DNA of 62,277 nt, counting the filler, from Choristocarpus tenellus KU-1152 (Eukaryota; Protista; Phaeophyceae), in NCBI GenBank assembly GCA_964200185.2. It is 9 parts of 9 records of this genome, joined end to end, with 100 filler letters (N's around TTAATTAATTAA, not from the genome) between each part and the next. Parts side by side here need not be neighbours in the genome. Positions count along the whole stretch, not along the records: positions 25,973 to 42,164 come from CAXNAD020000863.1; 8 more parts are not named here. One strand, given 5' to 3'. The translations under genes and the position numbers were made by a program. The notes below the pieces were generated by a model, which did no database searches, was not told the origin of the DNA, and saw only the letters and a program-made list of their open reading frames with translations. Shown here piece after piece: positions 26,057 through 39,443 of the stretch (position 1 is the first letter of the stretch; each line of letters starts with the position of its first letter).

Positions 26057-28682
26057 CTCTTGATGTGGTGGATGATATGATCTCCAGCTGAGGTTGTCAG
26101 ACAATCAGATGAGAGACAGGGACTATCATGTAAGTGGGGAGGGGGGTAAATAAGGGGAGCGGAATGCAGTGGTGGACCCAAGATACAAAGAACAACTCAT
26201 ACATGCCTGCCTCGTGAAATCAAGTTTCTCATCTCTACACTACAAGACCTAATACATAAACTCAATGTGTAGATGTAAGCCAAGTATCGTTGGGATCACT
26301 CAATGCCAATGAAAGCTGATGACAGGAGCAATGTCAGAAAGTAGAGCAGCTGCTACGATGAGAAAAATATAAACAAATACACACACCATCAATCAAGCAA
26401 CAAACACCCCAGAATTCCTACCTCAGAGTCGCTGTCGTCATCACTCTCCTCCACATCAGAGTCTCCTTCCTCCTCCTTCACACCCCCCTCACCAACATCT
26501 TTGCCTATGGGAAGGTCAGCACTTTCCGAATCAGCAAGTCTCTCACCCATTATCAGCTTATCACCCACCTCAATATGCTTACTGCCTCCTGTGTTATGAT
26601 CCCCATCAACATCCTGGTCTGAAGCTTCTCCCTCCTCTGTGTCATTGTCACTGCTCTCACCTCGTGCAGCAGTAGAGGCAGCAACAGCAGCAGCAACAAG
26701 TTCCTCTTCCTTTTCCCCCAAGGCCTCAGATGCCATGGCCTCTTCTGCCCCATCCCCTTCCTCACTCTCAGTTCCACCCTCTACTGAAGACCTTTCAGCA
26801 CGCTTGCCCACTTCAAGTCTTGCAAGCTCCTCCTGCACGGATGCAGCAAGGGCAGCATGGACACGCTGTTGCTTTTCCTTGATTTTGCGGACAATCTCAC
26901 TTTGCTTTTCCTTGGTCAACTCCTCACGCTCTGCTGGTCCCATCACACGTAGTGCATCCATCTGATGTTGGCGCTCTGTGGCCGCCCTCTTTCTTTTCTC
27001 CTGCAGTTCTACACTCGCATCCTGTGTAAGATAGTGGAGGGTGGTGCAGGTTGGGGGAGTAGTCACAGTAAAAGCACTGACTACAGAAACTGTGTTGTAT
27101 TTATTGGTACAGTTATATTGTTCACTGAGTAGGGTGGGAAAGGGCACAAATAGCAGGTCCAGAACTCCAAATACCAAACCGCTGTGAATTTCTGATCAGA
27201 CAAGGTGATAATAGAGAAGGCTGTAACATTGTTACTCTACTCTAGCCTTTGACGTTGTGCGAAGTCATCTGATATAAAGGAGAGTTCAACTTACCTCAAG
27301 CTCCTCCTGAGCCACAGTCCTTCCATTGCACTTCTTGGCTGCTGCTCTGATTGGAGCTTTTCTAACCTTGGAGGCTTTACCACCTCGCCCCTCGCTGCCA
27401 CTGCTGGAAGAGTCAGCCTTGCTGCTTCCTTCAAGCTTGACCTGTGAACGCCTTCTCTTGCCTTCCCCTCGCATTTTTGGTAAATATTTCCCGCTCTCAT
27501 CACAGCTGCTTGAACCATCACTTGAACCAGAACTGGATTTAGACAACTGGTAGGCTTGAAACCTACTGCTACCCTGCACTTTCATCCGACCCCTTCCCTT
27601 TGCTCTTCTATGTGATTGGCATGTGCTATCCTTGGAGCCTGTACTCAGGTCTGAGTCAGACCCTGGCCCTGAGACTGAAGCATTGATGGTGTTATTTTTA
27701 CTCCTTGCATTGCGCACAGCAGTTATCACTTGGGCAGTCATTTGTGCACGCCGTGAGCTTGCCTGCCTCCTCTTCTTTGACACTCTCTTGCCCTTAATGT
27801 GAGGGGCGACATTGCCTTTATGTGATATGGTGTTTTTTGCTACCTTGAACCCTGACTCCTCCCCAGGGTTGTTTTCGTCCCCCTCTTCCATCTCATTCAA
27901 TGTAGAGGGGGATTCTCCCTCTGACAAGGATGATGAGTCGGCATTTGTGTCATCACCAGCCTCAGATTCATCATTGCTTTCGTCTGCCTTATCCTGAAGG
28001 GCTTGGACAATCATAGCGGTGATGCTTGTCTTGCGGTGAAGGAGGGAGCAAGAGTATTGCTTTTCTAGCATGGAACGCACCTTTGAGAGTGAGGGTTATG
28101 AGGAAGGTTTTGCAGAATGAACTAGTTACAATGGTGAACATTGCTGTCGAAACTATTTTTCTTTCAAGAAATTCAATTTGCCATTGCCAAAGTGTTGCGC
28201 CATATGCAGTAGTTGCAGATGGGGCATGGGTAATGAAGACAAAGTAACAATTACTTATGGAGGAGAGTATAAATCTGTCTAGGATTCCAATCCTTAAGGG
28301 AGACTATGCACACCTGCTTGGCGTTGACACCTCGCAAGTCTAAATCTCCTGCAATGAGTTCCTTCAAGGCCTCGCTCAAGCCCTCATCAGTAGGTTGATT
28401 GTCCTCCGACACACCTTGTTGCACCAAGCAGTTACTATCTTCCTCCATTACCTCTGAGGTAATGCCACCAACTATAGGAAGCGAAGAAAGGTCTGAACCA
28501 TGGGCGATCTCATCCAAAGGTGGGGGTGACTGGAGAAAGGTCTTCGTAAAACTTGATTCTTGGTCAGATTTGCCAGCATTAATTGGTCCGACTAAGCCAC
28601 CCCGTTCTGCCCCACGTTTGTCGGAAACATCACTGATTGTCTTCCCTGATGTTATACTCTTAGATGCTTCAGACTCCACCAT
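26057..28682 (-). CDS. DEK_C-domain-containing, largely disordered acidic/Ser-rich protein, 3'-truncated
   Basis: Exons 28314-28682, 27295-28080, 26422-27021 and probably 26057-26087 are in frame. PTDEGLSEALKELIAGDLDLRGVNAKQ|VRSMLEKQYSCSLLHRKTSITAMIVQAL, formed across intron 1, fits the DEK C-terminal domain pattern. Confidence 0.72.
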
Positions 28683-29673
28683 TGACTTCTCCGGGTAGGA
28701 AAATGCAGTACGTGCAGCATAGTGACGGTTAGCAAAATAGTTGAGGCGGGAAATCCGAAACGAGGGATCGTTCTGGAGGGCTCTCTATTTCAGGTACTTG
28801 AATTACCTAGCTACGGCACCCAACCCTTCGTCTTAATTTCCTAGAGTTGTCGAACAGTGAATGGAAAGTACCAATTTAGAATTAGGCAAAGTTTCTTACA
28901 TGTCAGGTATGACTTACAAACCCAGTCAACGATAAAAGTTGATAAGGCATCTCTGGCGTTACAGCATTAATAAGGCAATCCTTCACTTATAAAGATCAAA
29001 TTGACCTCCAGCACCTTCATCATGTCTATGCCCTATGCTGAAGCCTGGTCAACCGATTCGAGAAAGAAATCCTCACGTCTTGGACAGCCCCCACCCCCCA
29101 CTCGCCTGAGTGGATGTTGAGTTCATTTCCTGGAGCAAAGAAGTTAGGAGAGTCAATACTTGTTATCACAAACATCAAGGTAATCATCACCTCACTTGCA
29201 CTCCCGCTATCGGTCTTGTTGCGCACTTCGTCTGGTTGTACTTCAAGGCATTCGCGCATCTCTTGTGGTACAGTATCCTCAACGACTGAATCGAAGGTGC
29301 ATGTTCCCATGTTCAGAACTGTGCACGAAAGAACGCCACTCCAGTGTGCAATACAGAGGTCCAAATTCTCTAAGCCAGGGTCCAAGATAAGGAGTTCACT
29401 CCTTCAACTTTGACCTATACTCTCCACATGAAAGCGTAAACCCCTCCTCTCCTCATCTCTATTTTCTCAAAATTTCAAATTTCTGTTGTGTGACCTTGGG
29501 CGGCGTTTTGAATGGGTATGTTTGTAGTTTGTCTTATTGTTAAAGCTTGCCAAGGAAACCACCACCATCCTCCTTCCCACTTTGACTAGGGTCGCTATTC
29601 CCTGTGCAGTGGAAAGTGTTCACCTTTGATACAAGGAAATTGAGCGGTTGATTTCTTGATCAATCTTGTTAAC

Positions 29674-30415
29674 ATGGTCCACTTTATACCTGGGCTGTTG
29701 GCCTTGGTGTCGATGGTAACGTTGTGCAACTCGTTCATGCACCCTGGTCGACCCTTGAGTCCATCGGTATCCAGCCATTATAGATCAGTCAAACACTCCC
29801 CCTACTTGGGTCGAAAAATGTTAGTTGGAGACGTGTCTCCGGATGAACAAGAGATGCCCAAGGATCAAGGAACTCCCGACAAGAGGACAGTCACACCAGC
29901 CGATCTGGGCTTCACCCCCACATCGACAGGGTCTTCCAAACAGAGTTTAGTGGATGAAGACAAGAATAGCTATCCCATCAATCTACCATCATATGCGCTG
30001 CTTCTGTTGTCGGTGGTGGTGGCTATTGCATTTGTGGGGTGCATCTTTGAAGCTACAGGCCCGAAGCCAGTGGTGAGCTTGGCAGGGTCTCCAGGGCACC
30101 TGGTGCAGTGTTACTGTGCAAGATCATTGAAAGAGAAATTCTGAGTCACTGCTATTATTTATATCTTGCGCGTGTATGCTTCCCATGCTCTTCAAGAGTG
30201 CCCGTGACCTCTGCTTCTATCGATTCTACAAGCTCATGACTTGAAATTTGTCCTTATGGCCCCTTTTCTTGGCTGACTCGCTATTTTCACAGATGGGCTA
30301 CCCACTTACATATGCTGTTGGGACCTTGTCCTTTCCTGGCTTCCTCTTCCTTTTCTATGCCGCAATAAAGAAAGGGCAAGCAGAGACTGAGGAGGCAGAC
30401 GACCCCTTCCGTTGA
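29674..30415 (+). CDS. Plastid-targeted protein with two C-terminal transmembrane helices, function unknown
   Basis: Exons 29674-30072 and 30293-30415. Signal peptide ending CNS-F then a Ser/Arg-rich transit-like stretch (ASAFAP-type). TM segments YALLLLSVVVAIAFVGCIFE and YAVGTLSFPGFLFLFYAAI, then KKGQAETEEADDPFR*. Confidence 0.8.
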
Positions 30416-31490
30416 CGAACAAATATTGAAATAGGTTTGGACTTGAATACAAAATGAAGCAATTTACATTCCCACCTTTTCCCACCTTCTCTTCGTTTGT
30501 TTCATGCAGTTGAAGAGAAGGTGGGGGGAGATAAGTAGGGATCTCTCCTTGGATGTTATCATGTGAAAGGAGCGTGTAGCGGAATGGATTCGCGAAGTTG
30601 CCAAGAGTTGGAGTTACGGAAACAGGAGGTTTCCCTTTTGGAAACTATCATGTGTGCTCTGAGATTGCATATTTTCATTTGTATTGGGCGTAGAGAAGCT
30701 AGGAAATGGTGAGGTTGTGTGTTAGATTCACTTGTGCTAACCTTGGGTGAAGTCCTCATGTGTTACGTACTACAGTTTCTCAAAATGACAACAATTTACT
30801 GCATATGCTCATTCAGCTGCGAGATAACCCTATGATGCATGGCTCCAATTTTTTTAATGTGGGATCTTTCTTCGGTAACATCAGGGTCACTTCATCCTCT
30901 TTGAAATGCTTAAGTATTTTGTTGTTTTTGAGCTACATATCTGCTCCCATCCCTTCCAGGGTTTGTGGGTTTCTGGACATTTGCAAATATATATATATAT
31001 ACAAATATCACCAGATTTGACTGGTCTTTGCATGTGCAGTTGAGTTCAACATCTGTATCGAGGTTTCACCTCGCTGCCCAAAAAGTGATAAGCCACCTAA
31101 CTCTATATTGGTTTGTGTTTAATGCCCCCAATGTGGAAGACGTGAGTTTTTCCCTCCGTGGTTTGCTCTGACAAGATCACAAGAGTCAAGGCCAGCTATC
31201 TTGTCCACTCACACATCAATAGACAGAGGGTTAATAAGAGAGCAGATTGATTTGGCTGATTAGCCGAAGAACTGGCGCCAGGTGTAGACCAGCCCTGCTG
31301 ACGACCATTTGCTACAAGTAAGATTCTTTTACTTTTCTTCTGTAGCATTGGCGCTGCTTTTCCCGTTAATACGCTTGGGGTGAAAGTGGTCTGCTTGCTG
31401 AGTATCAATGGTATTTTTTTAAATATGTGATGGCAAACACACGGGATGCCTGCAACGTAACACTATAGATGCTCGCGTTACTAGTGACTT

Positions 31491-34068
31491 TTAAATGGCA
31501 GGGTTCCTTCGTATGTAGGGCAAGTTACTAACTGTATTCTTTCCGCCAAGTCTCAATCCATTGTCCTCCTTGTGTGTTATCATAACAATGTCCTCTATTG
31601 CACCCTCCTTGGCCTCATCCACAGCCCCAAGCCCACTGACAATGCCTTCCCGGGCTTTTTCTGCCACTGCTACGAGTGACTTGGTGGAGTGCACAGAGCG
31701 AATGCTCCTTCCCCCCTCAGACATAGCAGTTCTTGCTACACTAATGTTGTCATCTTCAACATGGTTGTTTCTTTCCTCCTCAACCTCACAGCCACCCTCT
31801 TGCAACTCTACTGCGCGGAGGTTTTTGTCTGTGAGCTTGAGTATCCTTGCCTGGAAAGAATAGAGAGATATGTGAAGGGCATGTGGTAGTCTCAGAGTCG
31901 TCTTTTGACCATAATATTCAGATTGCGTAGAGAAAGAGCATTTACCTTCTAGTTGTGATCAACATGACACTACTGCCATGAACACGCTCCTCCTTAGGGG
32001 AAGGCACCTAGGTTTTAGAAATTGAAGCTTGCGATTTTTTTTTGTAAGCAATTTAAAGTATTCTGCATCTCATGACAATGTGATGCTCACAAAACACAGG
32101 TCAACACTTTAGCATTATATACAACAAAGCATTGTTCAGACATGGATAACATAGAGTGAACAGTCAGTACAACATAGTTCTGGACAACAGGTGTTATGAA
32201 CCAAATTGACCCAAGCATTTGCCAACCAATGGTCGTTAAAGAGCGAATGGCCCTGAGCACTATCCTGGACAACTGGCACTATAGAGCAACCTGCACCAAG
32301 CACTGTCCAGGGCAACAAACATTTTGAAACACATGGTCTGAGCGTTTGCTGGATAACAGACATTATGGGGAACGTATGTCCTCAAGCAGTTGCAGAACAA
32401 CACGTATTTTGATCGAGCACAATGGACACTCACTTTCCTTTTAGCATTATTTCTTTTCTCTTCAGCCATTTTTCTTCCAGTTATTGTTTTCTCAGCTTAG
32501 AAGGATCAAGAGAATGTGTGAAATGTAATGGTTCAGAAGTGGGCCACTTTGAGGAATAACAATTTAACAGATGGAACCAAAAATTGTTAGGACAGCTGAC
32601 TTTATACAGCAACGTGAATAATTACACAAATAATATAGAGTATAATGACCACAGCGTTATCATGGACAACATTTGTTCTAGTCCGATTATGATCAAATAA
32701 TTCTAGCGTAATGCTAGTGTTGAGCTTAATGTTGTCCATGGTTTGGAGCACTCACTCCAACTCTTTGAAGAACTCCATCCTACAGATTATATTATCAAAA
32801 TATTGTCATAAACGCCATGTTTGGTGGGTCTGACAAGTCCTGTGAAATGCACTGTCTCACTTGGGAACAGTATGCTCAAGGTTTTAGTGTCCCTATAAAC
32901 ACACACACACATACACAATGCAGGATTACCTCCAGACAGGAATCTGATTCGTTGTTGGAATCGCTTCCACCATCACAACTGTCACAGCACCCATTTCCCT
33001 GGTTGCTGTTGGCATCCCCATTGCTGCCCTCCTGATATGCTGACTGCGACTCAATCTCAGCTATTCTTTTCTTGACCTGCTCAATCATTGAGTGAACCTC
33101 GGCATCTCGGATGTACTTGTCGAAGTCCAGACCCTTGGTAAATTCTAACAATTCCTGCTCCATCATTAAGGAATAAACATAACGAAGATTAGCCCATTTT
33201 ATTACCTAGAAAAATCAATGTGTTTCGCGTAATAACGTAAGGGTGGACTCCCCATTGCTGGTAGATTCGTTGGTGCAACAAAATATGGCAAGTTATGATC
33301 GTGCAGACTTACCTCAAGCTCATTATCTTCCTTCATGCATACTTCCGCTTCTGCCTTGGCCTCGGTCATTGCCCACATCGGTTTTGCAGCATTACCACCT
33401 CTCTTTCGTCGTTTCTCCGCAGCACACAACTCTTTTGGACACCCCCTACTTACCGTTTCATATCCGTCTTCGTCTTTAGATTTAGCTTCTATTGTGCGTT
33501 CACCAGAACCCTCAAGACTACCAGAACTTTTCTGTTTGCCCTCATCGTTGTAAATGGGATCAGACTTCGACTCAACATCCACATCCAATGTAGTACCGCG
33601 TACAAGGCTACGAGCCATCCGACGCATGGACGCTTCTCTTTGCATAAACCGTTGCTTATTCCCTTGTTTCTTCTTAAGATCCTGCATGTATTGCTCTTCG
33701 AGGGCTTGCTTGGTGAGCTGCAAGTCGGCCAGCCATTTCTTGTGTCGGGTAAGGGCGGTCTCTTGCTTTACTCGCTTTCGAACAAGTCTATCCTTCGGCA
33801 AGTTTTTCCTCGTGAAACCAACCTCGGATTTTACCTTACCCGTCACGAACACAAGCTTATTCCCCTCTGCAGAGAGTTCACCTCGGTTCGCTGCTGCCGC
33901 TGCACCTGCGAAAGGCCGATTGCACAGCATTACACCCTTGTAGTTGCCGATACTCTCAGCACTGACAGGAGCAGGGATATTCCCCCCTGTGCCAAACATT
34001 GCTGCTTGACTAACTACACTATCCAAGGGTCTCTCGTTAAGCATCATCCCTTGGGATGGAGCGGCCAT
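31491..34068 (-). CDS. Uncharacterised protein with coiled-coil segments
   Basis: Exons 33313-34068, 32930-33154, possibly 32756-32779, and 31491-31850, all phase 0. Conserved-looking blocks NYKGVMLCNRP, ALTRHKKWL, KPMWAMTE, LDFDKYIRDAEV, VHSTKSL, NLPYIRRNPAI*. Confidence 0.8.
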
Positions 34069-34224
34069 CGTCGATCACCCTTCTACTATAATGTACACTT
34101 ACAGTTACGAGTAAAGGTATGGTAAACAGTGTAAGTAGCTGCTAACAGGAAGACATGCCTCTCAGGTTACTGAACGCCGAGGTAAACATTCAAACATAAA
34201 CGGTACACAGGATCTCAGGGACCT

Positions 34225-37200
34225 ATGAGGGTTTCGATAGGATTGGGGGCAATTCTGGTGCTACCAAGCGTTGGTGGTTTTATCACTGACCCTTACCCAA
34301 AATTAAGGTATGCAGGTCAGAATAAAGTATACTGTAATGCCTCGAACAACCTTGACCACCAACACATCACACCTTACAACTTACTCAACTTGAACATACC
34401 CCAGGCTCTCTGTGGGAAGGCTCGCGCGATATTTGCCCAGGGGATTTACGCAATGCAAGGAACAGAGTCCTACTGGAGAGTGTGTATGGAGTTGGGGGGG
34501 GAGTGCTCTTTCCATGTCATTGCAAAACGGTGAGCAAGTTCGCCTGGCCATAGTGGGTCCCAGTGCAAACGAGCTGGGAATGCTGGTAGCTAAGCATCAT
34601 GGTTCGACGTCGATATCGCTCGAGGACGTAATGAAGGGGAAAAAAGGACGGAGGACTGACAAGGTGATTGCTAAGGCGGTAGGGGAACGGCTGACCAGCA
34701 TCAGTGCCGGAAATAGAGGTGGGTTGAAACGGCATGAATTTGCTGGTCATCGTTGTACTTGTGTCAGGTGCGCGTTCCCAGTGCACCCTAATACTTTAGT
34801 TTTGCCACGTTAGGCAGTATAGGTCTCCGTGTATGTGAACCTCGCTTCGTGAAGTATATGATATGCATAGCTTGCGTAGAGTGCTGTTCAACACACCTGT
34901 ACACATAGTCCATTGGTGACACATACACACGCCGTTCACAGGTTGGGTGCTCACAGGTTTCCCTACCACAGCTGCACAGGCCAAATCCTTGGAAGAGCAG
35001 GGAATAAAGTTCGATAACCTTATTGTTGTGCACGATGAGTACCCCGAAATTGAAATTGATGGAGGAATGGCTACGGAGGTGACCCCCGAAGAGGAGGAGG
35101 CGTACTATGGAGGTACAGGATACCTCATGGAGCAATACGAAGACAAGGTAATTGAGGTTATGCATGTGGAAAAACTTGAAGAGCTCTGTGGTACAGTTAC
35201 CAAGATGCTGGACTTCACCGTGGATAGCTCTGTCTTGGCACAGCGAGCAGAAGAGAGGGAAGATGTTCCTCGTACAATGATTGAGGTGTCAGACTTCATA
35301 GGGGATGACACTAGCTTGCGAGATTGGGTAGAAGAGGAGGAGGAGTTCCCCGATGCAATGATTCAGACATCAGAATGCACAGATGACGTCACCGACTTCA
35401 TAGAGCGAGTAGGAGAGGGGGGAAATATTGAAGGTAAACAGCCTGAACAGAGAGATATACTTGAAGCAAAGAAATTATCAGAGGACACAACCAGGATTGA
35501 CCAAGAGCAACACTCTCCCAAGCACAAGCCAGCCCCACCCCGAGCAGAGGCACGCATAAGTGCCGAGGAGGGTGCAATGCGAAAGCGTGAGGCCAAAAAC
35601 CGGATCAGGGCCAAGAAACGGGCATCCAATGAGGCCCAGCGCCTAGATACACCATTCTACATGGCTGTTGCAAATAACCTCCCGAAAGCAAGGGTCAAGC
35701 CCCCCCCGAAGACTGTGCCTTCCAAGATCAATGAGAGGCTAGGATCAGCAAGTCGGAGCATAGATGACGATGATGACGTTGTCCTCGATTTTGGACCCCT
35801 GGTGCTTCGCAGTCCAGTGTCCAATTGCCTGTTGGCAGCTGGCATCACAGAGCCAACAGGAATTCAGGAGGCTGGCATGGGACCTATCCGTGATGGTGAG
35901 AGCGTGATTCTGCATGCCATGACAGGCAGTGGCAAGACACTAGCTTTCCTTCTCCCACTGATGCAACGCTTCTCCCTTGCAAGACCATGGCAAATTGTGC
36001 TCGCACTTCCCACTCGAGAGCTTGCCGTGCAGGTGGCAAGAGAAACTGCTCTGCTGTTGGGTGGTGACACAATGGATGTTGAGCTCTTGGTGGATCAGAG
36101 CATGACCCCCAACCTGGATCAAATCAAGGCCTCTATAGTTGTAGGGTCAGCCAAGATCCTTGAAAGGTAGGTCTACACAGGCTTCCACTCCTTTGCAGCT
36201 TTATTGCCCCTCGCTGGTATCAACGCCAGTCTCATGTAACAATACTTACTCTCTTTATGCCAACTTCAGTCAGTGTTGAGAGGACTTGTATACCCATATA
36301 ATAATACATTTGCTTCATAATATATGTGCAGCAAAAGGCTTTGAGTAATTTGTATCAAATATAGTGTGTTATTTTATGGCTTTCCACATCAATTTTGAAA
36401 TTTTTGCTGAGTTTCATTTTTGTCAACCTGTTCTTGGTTGACTTTTGATATTCCTCATCAATGTGTTTCAACCCTGTGGCAAGGACTATCAATATATATT
36501 TCGAATATATCTTTGAGCACAACCTGTAAGCTCAACTCATTGTGATGTTTCACTGAATACTGCAGAGCAGTATTGAGATGGTAACTGCACAATCCCACCA
36601 TTGAGGTCGGTGTGCTATCCTGCTGGCGGGCCCAAATAAAGAACAAGGCATGCTATGCCAATGTTGACGCTTGTGTTGATCTTTCCCCAACTTGTACTTT
36701 TGTGGGAGATGTCTCTAATTTTTTTCACTCTTGGTGGTCCTTTACTCCTTGTCTTTCAGGAACATCCAAGTTATATGGTTCATTTCTGTGCACATTGCCC
36801 CCCCCCCCCCATATGGACTCCTTTTTCAATCCTTGTCAGGTCAATCAGGAAATCCCGACCAAGGGTCCGTGAATATGTCTTGAACAGTGTGGAGTGCCTT
36901 GTGGTTGATGAGGTTGATCGACTTGTTGATACCCTGCCCAAGCACGCCCCACCCAGGGAAGTGGAAAAGCGCAAGAAGCATGCACGTCCGATCACAGCCC
37001 TCCTGCTCAAGATCATGGATGCAAAGCCAAGTGTACAGGTGAATGCTCCATCCCCAACCTGTACTGTTTAATACACACTATACTTTCTGGAGTATTCGAG
37101 ACCATCCCACCATTCTCGTTTAAATGCAGCAGAATTTTTTTTAACACAGTTTTCCTTTCTTGCAACACAATTTTTTTTTGGTTGTTTCTTTCAAGGTATG

Positions 37201-38180
37201 GTATCCCCACCTCAGTTGTGCCTCCAGATAGCATGCACCCACTGCTTGCTATTCGCCTTAATGTTAGGCCTTTGACGCAAGACGTTTTTGCTGTGTTCAG
37301 CCTTTCATTCTCATTTTACTTTTCACAACACACCAGGCAGTACACTGTTCCTTACCTCTACAAGCATTGAGGATGACCAGTTTTATGGCTCCAACCACCT
37401 GGCCCCCCACATCTCCTCTGCTCACACTCCACCAACCTACCTGTCCCCATACAGGTTGTGGCATGTTCAGCTACGATTGGTCGCCCTCTTCGAAGGGAGC
37501 TAGCACATATTCTCCGCAGGCCAAATGTTGAAGAGGGGATAAGGGTTGTGCGAGACGTTTCCCAGACAGACAATCACAACCTTGCTCACAGTCGGGCTGT
37601 TGCCATCCCCCCCACTATTAAGCACTATTATGTCCCACTGCCAAACAATGACTTCTTTACTAAGCTCCAGGCTCTGACAGCAGCAGTAGTGAAGCTTGGG
37701 CCTAAGCGGCCCCTGGTGTTTGTGCCTCCAGAAGAGCGGGTTACAGCAGTTGTTGCGCATCTACGGCGGTCAGGCACACCAGGTGCTGTTGCTTTGCATG
37801 AGGCCATGGGCTTTGCGTCTGGGGAGAGTCAACACAGTGCCAAGGCCCTCTTGGAGCATGATAGGCTTACAGGACAATTTGGGGGTGATGGTGGGGAGGA
37901 TGGTGGTGATAGAGTATTGCAACCTTCTGTATTGGTTACAAGTGAGGATTCCGCAAGAGGGTTGCACTTTGATGATGTGGACTATGTGTTCTTGATGAAA
38001 CGATCAAAGAGTATAGATGAGTATGTGCATCTTGCTGGTCGAACAGGCAGAGGAGGGAAAGAGGGGAATGTTGTGTCTCTTGTGTCAAATGATGAGGTCA
38101 AGAAACTACAGGCATGGGAGACCAGCCTTGACATTAACATCCAAGAGATGACATTTGCTTCTGAGAGCAGAGTAAACTGA
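34225..38180 (+). CDS. Plastid-targeted DEAD-box RNA helicase with N-terminal degenerate adenylate-kinase-like domain
   Basis: Exons 34225-34307, 34405-34718, 34942-36166, 36840-37038 and 37455-38180 splice in frame. Q motif GITEPTGIQ, I AMTGSGKT, Ia PTRELAVQ, II DEVD, III SAT, V SARGLHF, VI HLAGRTGR. Leader MRVSIGLGAILVLPSVGG-F. Confidence 0.92.
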
Positions 38181-39294
38181 CACTAAGCACAATCTCTTGC
38201 TGTGAAAATGGAGACAGACATAAGGTACAGCGATACACTTAGCCGTGCCTGCTGAGAGTGTTACAATTGTAATATTCTTGCAGCAGTGTCTGTTTGGAGA
38301 CTCAAGGTATGCTACCTTCCCCTCTTCCCCTCCCAACATAGAGCTCTGCAAGGGTTGATTAGGATGTTTACATGGTGCCTAATGAACTCACGCACCACTC
38401 TATTTAACTTACACCCTTGATGACACAAATCTCGTTATTCCATGACATGTCATTTGCACTGATTGAAAATTTGTGTTATGTGGTTGATTCCATCAAACAT
38501 AAGTAGGGAGGCTTTGTCATGCCCGTGGGATCCACCCCAAGCGAGGAAACCACCCCCTCTACATAGGAAGTCAGAAATTCATATGAGAAACACATGGTTA
38601 GTGTGCCTTAACTAGCGCCTAGCACCCTTCACTTCACACATAAAAACGATTCATTGGGCAGTCAATCTGCCATAAAAATATGGGGAAAATGGTAGGTGGC
38701 TCTTGACCCCTTAACTGTTACTGGAGTCGCCCCATATTTTTGTCACCTGTTTTTTTCCACATAGATCGACAAATGGATCATGTGTGTATGTGCGTGTGTG
38801 AGGTAAAGGATGTCAGATGCAAGACTGGGCATATTCACCATGTGTTACCCGCATGTACTTCTGGCTACCTGAATAGGAGGGGAGGTTCCCCAAGTTGGGG
38901 TGCCTTCCACGTGCATGGCAACTTGGATGTATATATGTTGTACATATTCACAAGGTTTTGGTCTTGTTTTGAGGAACCCAGGATTGATGCCATGTCTAAT
39001 ATCGATACTGCATAGCATGACGGCTAGATCTGGTTGAGGTATTCTTTAGTCATTCTCCATATCGGTTGTGGTCCTAGTTCTTCAGACCTGACCATGTACA
39101 ATATTCCCTCAGCTTCTGCTTTGCGCTCAGCATTATCTTGCTGTCTGAATGATAAACAGAGACAAATTGGAGATTTTCAGTGATGGTTGCTGCTGTGGAG
39201 GTGGAATGGCAGAGTAAGTTATGCCCACTGATATTTTGCCAAGTGTTACAAGGGTTTTTTATGCCCTTTTTCGGTTTTCCGTGTGATTACAGTG

Positions 39295-39443
39295 ACCTAA
39301 AATGTATACGACTATGAGAGGTGTATCCGGAACAAGAATATTGACACTTGCTATCAAACACGATAGCCAAAATTCATCAAAATCGCATCATTGGATTTAT
39401 GATCCCGAAGGGACGCAGCCCTACCCTATTAAATGCTTTGGCT
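39295..39443 (+). mobile_element. MITE family 1, partial copy
   Basis: GGTGTATCCGGAACAAGAATATTGACACTT...CACGATAGCCAAAAT...CTACCCTATTAAATGCTTTGGCTC matches 3085-3216. Confidence 0.75.

Noticed and set aside
32434-32495. Candidate extra exon (MAEEKRNNAKRK)
   Set aside because: Acceptor phase does not fit the flanking phase-0 exons.
33295-34125. 276-aa plus-strand ORF and similar long antisense ORFs (e.g. 55093-55824)
   Set aside because: Shadow frames of opposite-strand exons.
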